Shown here: one piece after another, positions 62,768 through 64,000 of the stretch
How the letters are laid out: every line of letters begins with the position of its first letter
How positions within the stretch are numbered: the stretch's first letter is position 1
Origin: Gemmatimonadota bacterium
GTDB lineage: Bacteria; Gemmatimonadota; Gemmatimonadetes; Palauibacterales; Palauibacteraceae
DNA: 64,000 bases
Direction of reading: 5' to 3'
NCBI GenBank assembly: GCA_965200165.1
Contig: OZ241352.1
Location: 2,308,756 to 2,372,755, forward strand
Notes under the pieces: model-generated
The model's input: the letters and a program-made list of their open reading frames with translations, nothing else
The model's database searches: none
What the model was told of the DNA's origin: nothing
Translations under genes and position numbers: made by a program

Positions 62768-64000
62768 GTGACGCTAGAGAATCAAGATAGGGCCAAGATT
62801 CGATACGAACCCGACGAACACCCCCCGCACGGCCTGGCCATGGGCTTGGCACTTCAGCTCATGATGCTGGAGCTCGGCGAGATCGTTCTGATTCCGGTGG
62901 TCGTGGTTCGGGCGGCCGGACTCGACGACGCCTACCTCGCCTGGGCCGCATTCGCAGCCCTCGCAATCTCCGGCATAACTACGATGCTCCAGGCGGCCCG
63001 CGTGGGGAAGATCGGATCGGGCTACATCCTGCTCATGGTCACCTCCGGGGCTTTCATCGCCGTGTGTGTGGCAGCTTTGACACAGGGTGGCCCGGGGCTT
63101 CTCATGGCCCTGTTGATTGCTTCCTCACTGTTCCAGTTCGGAATCGCCTCTCGACTTGCACTCCTTAGGCGGATCATCACGCCGACCGTGGCCGGTACGG
63201 TGATGATGCTGATCGCGGTCTCGATTTTGCCCGTGATCGCTGAGCTTATGGGGGAGATCCCGGAGGGGGTATCCGGGAGCGGTGTTGTATTGAGTGTCGT
63301 CATCACCCTCGGGGTGACGGCGATAATGGTTCTGCGTGGAACCGGTTCCGCACGGCGTTGGGCCCCGATAGCCGGTGTTTTCAGTGGGTGCGTGGTAGCA
63401 ACCAGCTTTGGTCTGTACGAATGGGAGAGGATCGTAGAGGCAGGTTGGTTCGGGATCCCGGTCGATGGTTGGCCAGGTTTGTCGCTCGACTTCGGTCCCG
63501 CTTTCTGGGCTTTGCTGCCCGCGTTTGTGTTCGTCACCCTGATCGGGACGATCGAAACGGTGGCGGATGTAGTGGGGATCCAGAAGGTGTCATGGCGCAC
63601 TCCGCGGGCGACCGATTTCAAATCCGTGCAGGGTGCGGTGGCGGCGGATGGTGTCGGGAACCTGCTCTCGGGCCTAACGGGAACCGTCCCCAACACCACC
63701 TGCGCTTCGGGCGTGGCGACGGTGGAGATAACAGGAGTGGCTTCGCGCCGGGTGGGTATCTATATCGGTGTATTCTTCCTGGCACTCGTCTTCTTCCCGA
63801 AAGCGCTGGCGATTTTCCTGGCCATCCCCGGGCCGGTGGCGGCGGGATACCTCCTGGTGATGATCTCGATGCTGTTCACCTTAGGGATTCGCATCGTGGT
63901 CAAGGATGGAATGGACATCCGCAAAGCCGCCATTGTGGGACTCGCGTTCTGGATCGGGGCTGGATTTCAGTACGAGGTGTTCTTCCCCGGCGGGTTGGAA
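62768..64000 (+). CDS. nucleobase:cation symporter-2 (xanthine/uracil permease) family transporter, 3' end outside window
   Basis: Not in the ORF track (no stop in window). Manual translation from GTG 62768: VTLENQDRAKIRYEPDEHPPHGLAMGLALQLMMLELGEIVLIPVVVVRAAGL..GSGYILLMVTSGAFIAV..ITPTVAGTVMMLIAVSILPV... Stop-free to 64000, multi-TM, NCS2-like pattern. Confidence 0.75.
   Translation, partial: MTLENQDRAKIRYEPDEHPPHGLAMGLALQLMMLELGEIVLIPVVVVRAAGLDDAYLAWAAFAALAISGITTMLQAARVGKIGSGYILLMVTSGAFIAVCVAALTQGGPGLLMALLIASSLFQFGIASRLALLRRIITPTVAGTVMMLIAVSILPVIAELMGEIPEGVSGSGVVLSVVITLGVTAIMVLRGTGSARRWAPIAGVFSGCVVATSFGLYEWERIVEAGWFGIPVDGWPGLSLDFGPAFWALLPAFVFVTLIGTIETVADVVGIQKVSWRTPRATDFKSVQGAVAADGVGNLLSGLTGTVPNTTCASGVATVEITGVASRRVGIYIGVFFLALVFFPKALAIFLAIPGPVAAGYLLVMISMLFTLGIRIVVKDGMDIRKAAIVGLAFWIGAGFQYEVFFPGGLE

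Noticed and set aside
1-64000. Scan for tRNA/rRNA genes, CRISPR repeats, transposase/integrase genes, inverted-repeat-bounded insertions and defence-system genes
   Set aside because: I saw none by eye. Every intergenic spacer is under ~265 nt, and no direct-repeat arrays or recombinase-like ORFs were found. A tRNAscan, Infernal and ISfinder run would be needed to be certain.

Overview
High-GC bacterial chromosomal segment, almost entirely coding (about 42 protein genes). I recognised no rRNA, tRNA, CRISPR array, transposase or integrase. The gene content suggests a Gemmatimonadota-like organism: CarboxypepD_reg-type TonB-dependent receptors, BNR/sortilin-like, PD40 and NHL propellers, and many exported peptidases. 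That assignment is inference only.

Main blocks, left to right:
1. Form-II CoxSLM-type molybdoenzyme (630-4335).
2. TonB-dependent receptor, Zn-ADH and gamma-glutamyltranspeptidase.
3. RND efflux operon in OMF-MFP-RND order plus a coupled MhpD-like hydratase (10684-17581).
4. A Mo-bisPGD oxidoreductase locus with a fused FeS/NrfD subunit, no Tat leaders and a TorD-like chaperone (17706-23192). It is followed without real gaps by an AI-2E transporter and an 1101-aa BNR protein.
5. An internally duplicated orphan gene, a CXXCH protein plus Vgb-like propeller, and a metalloprotease-PD40-Omp85 fusion.
6. RlpA, a PhoX/DUF839 protein and TonB-receptor pieces.
7. NHL-HupE-NHL genes.
8. The centrepiece (45326-54187): a complete quinohemoprotein amine dehydrogenase (qhp) structural and maturation cluster in the non-canonical order G-A-D-C-B-F-E. 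It superficially looks like an orphan radical-SAM RiPP cluster. It is preceded by an endostatin/DUF1554-like gene and extended by three translationally coupled exported hydrolases (S12-like, S9, DUF885).
9. A convergent amidase/M14 carboxypeptidase pair and a partial NCS2 permease.

All family calls come from motif recognition by eye; no database search was possible. Starts were re-picked manually where the longest ORF overlapped an upstream gene or lacked a signal peptide or SD.
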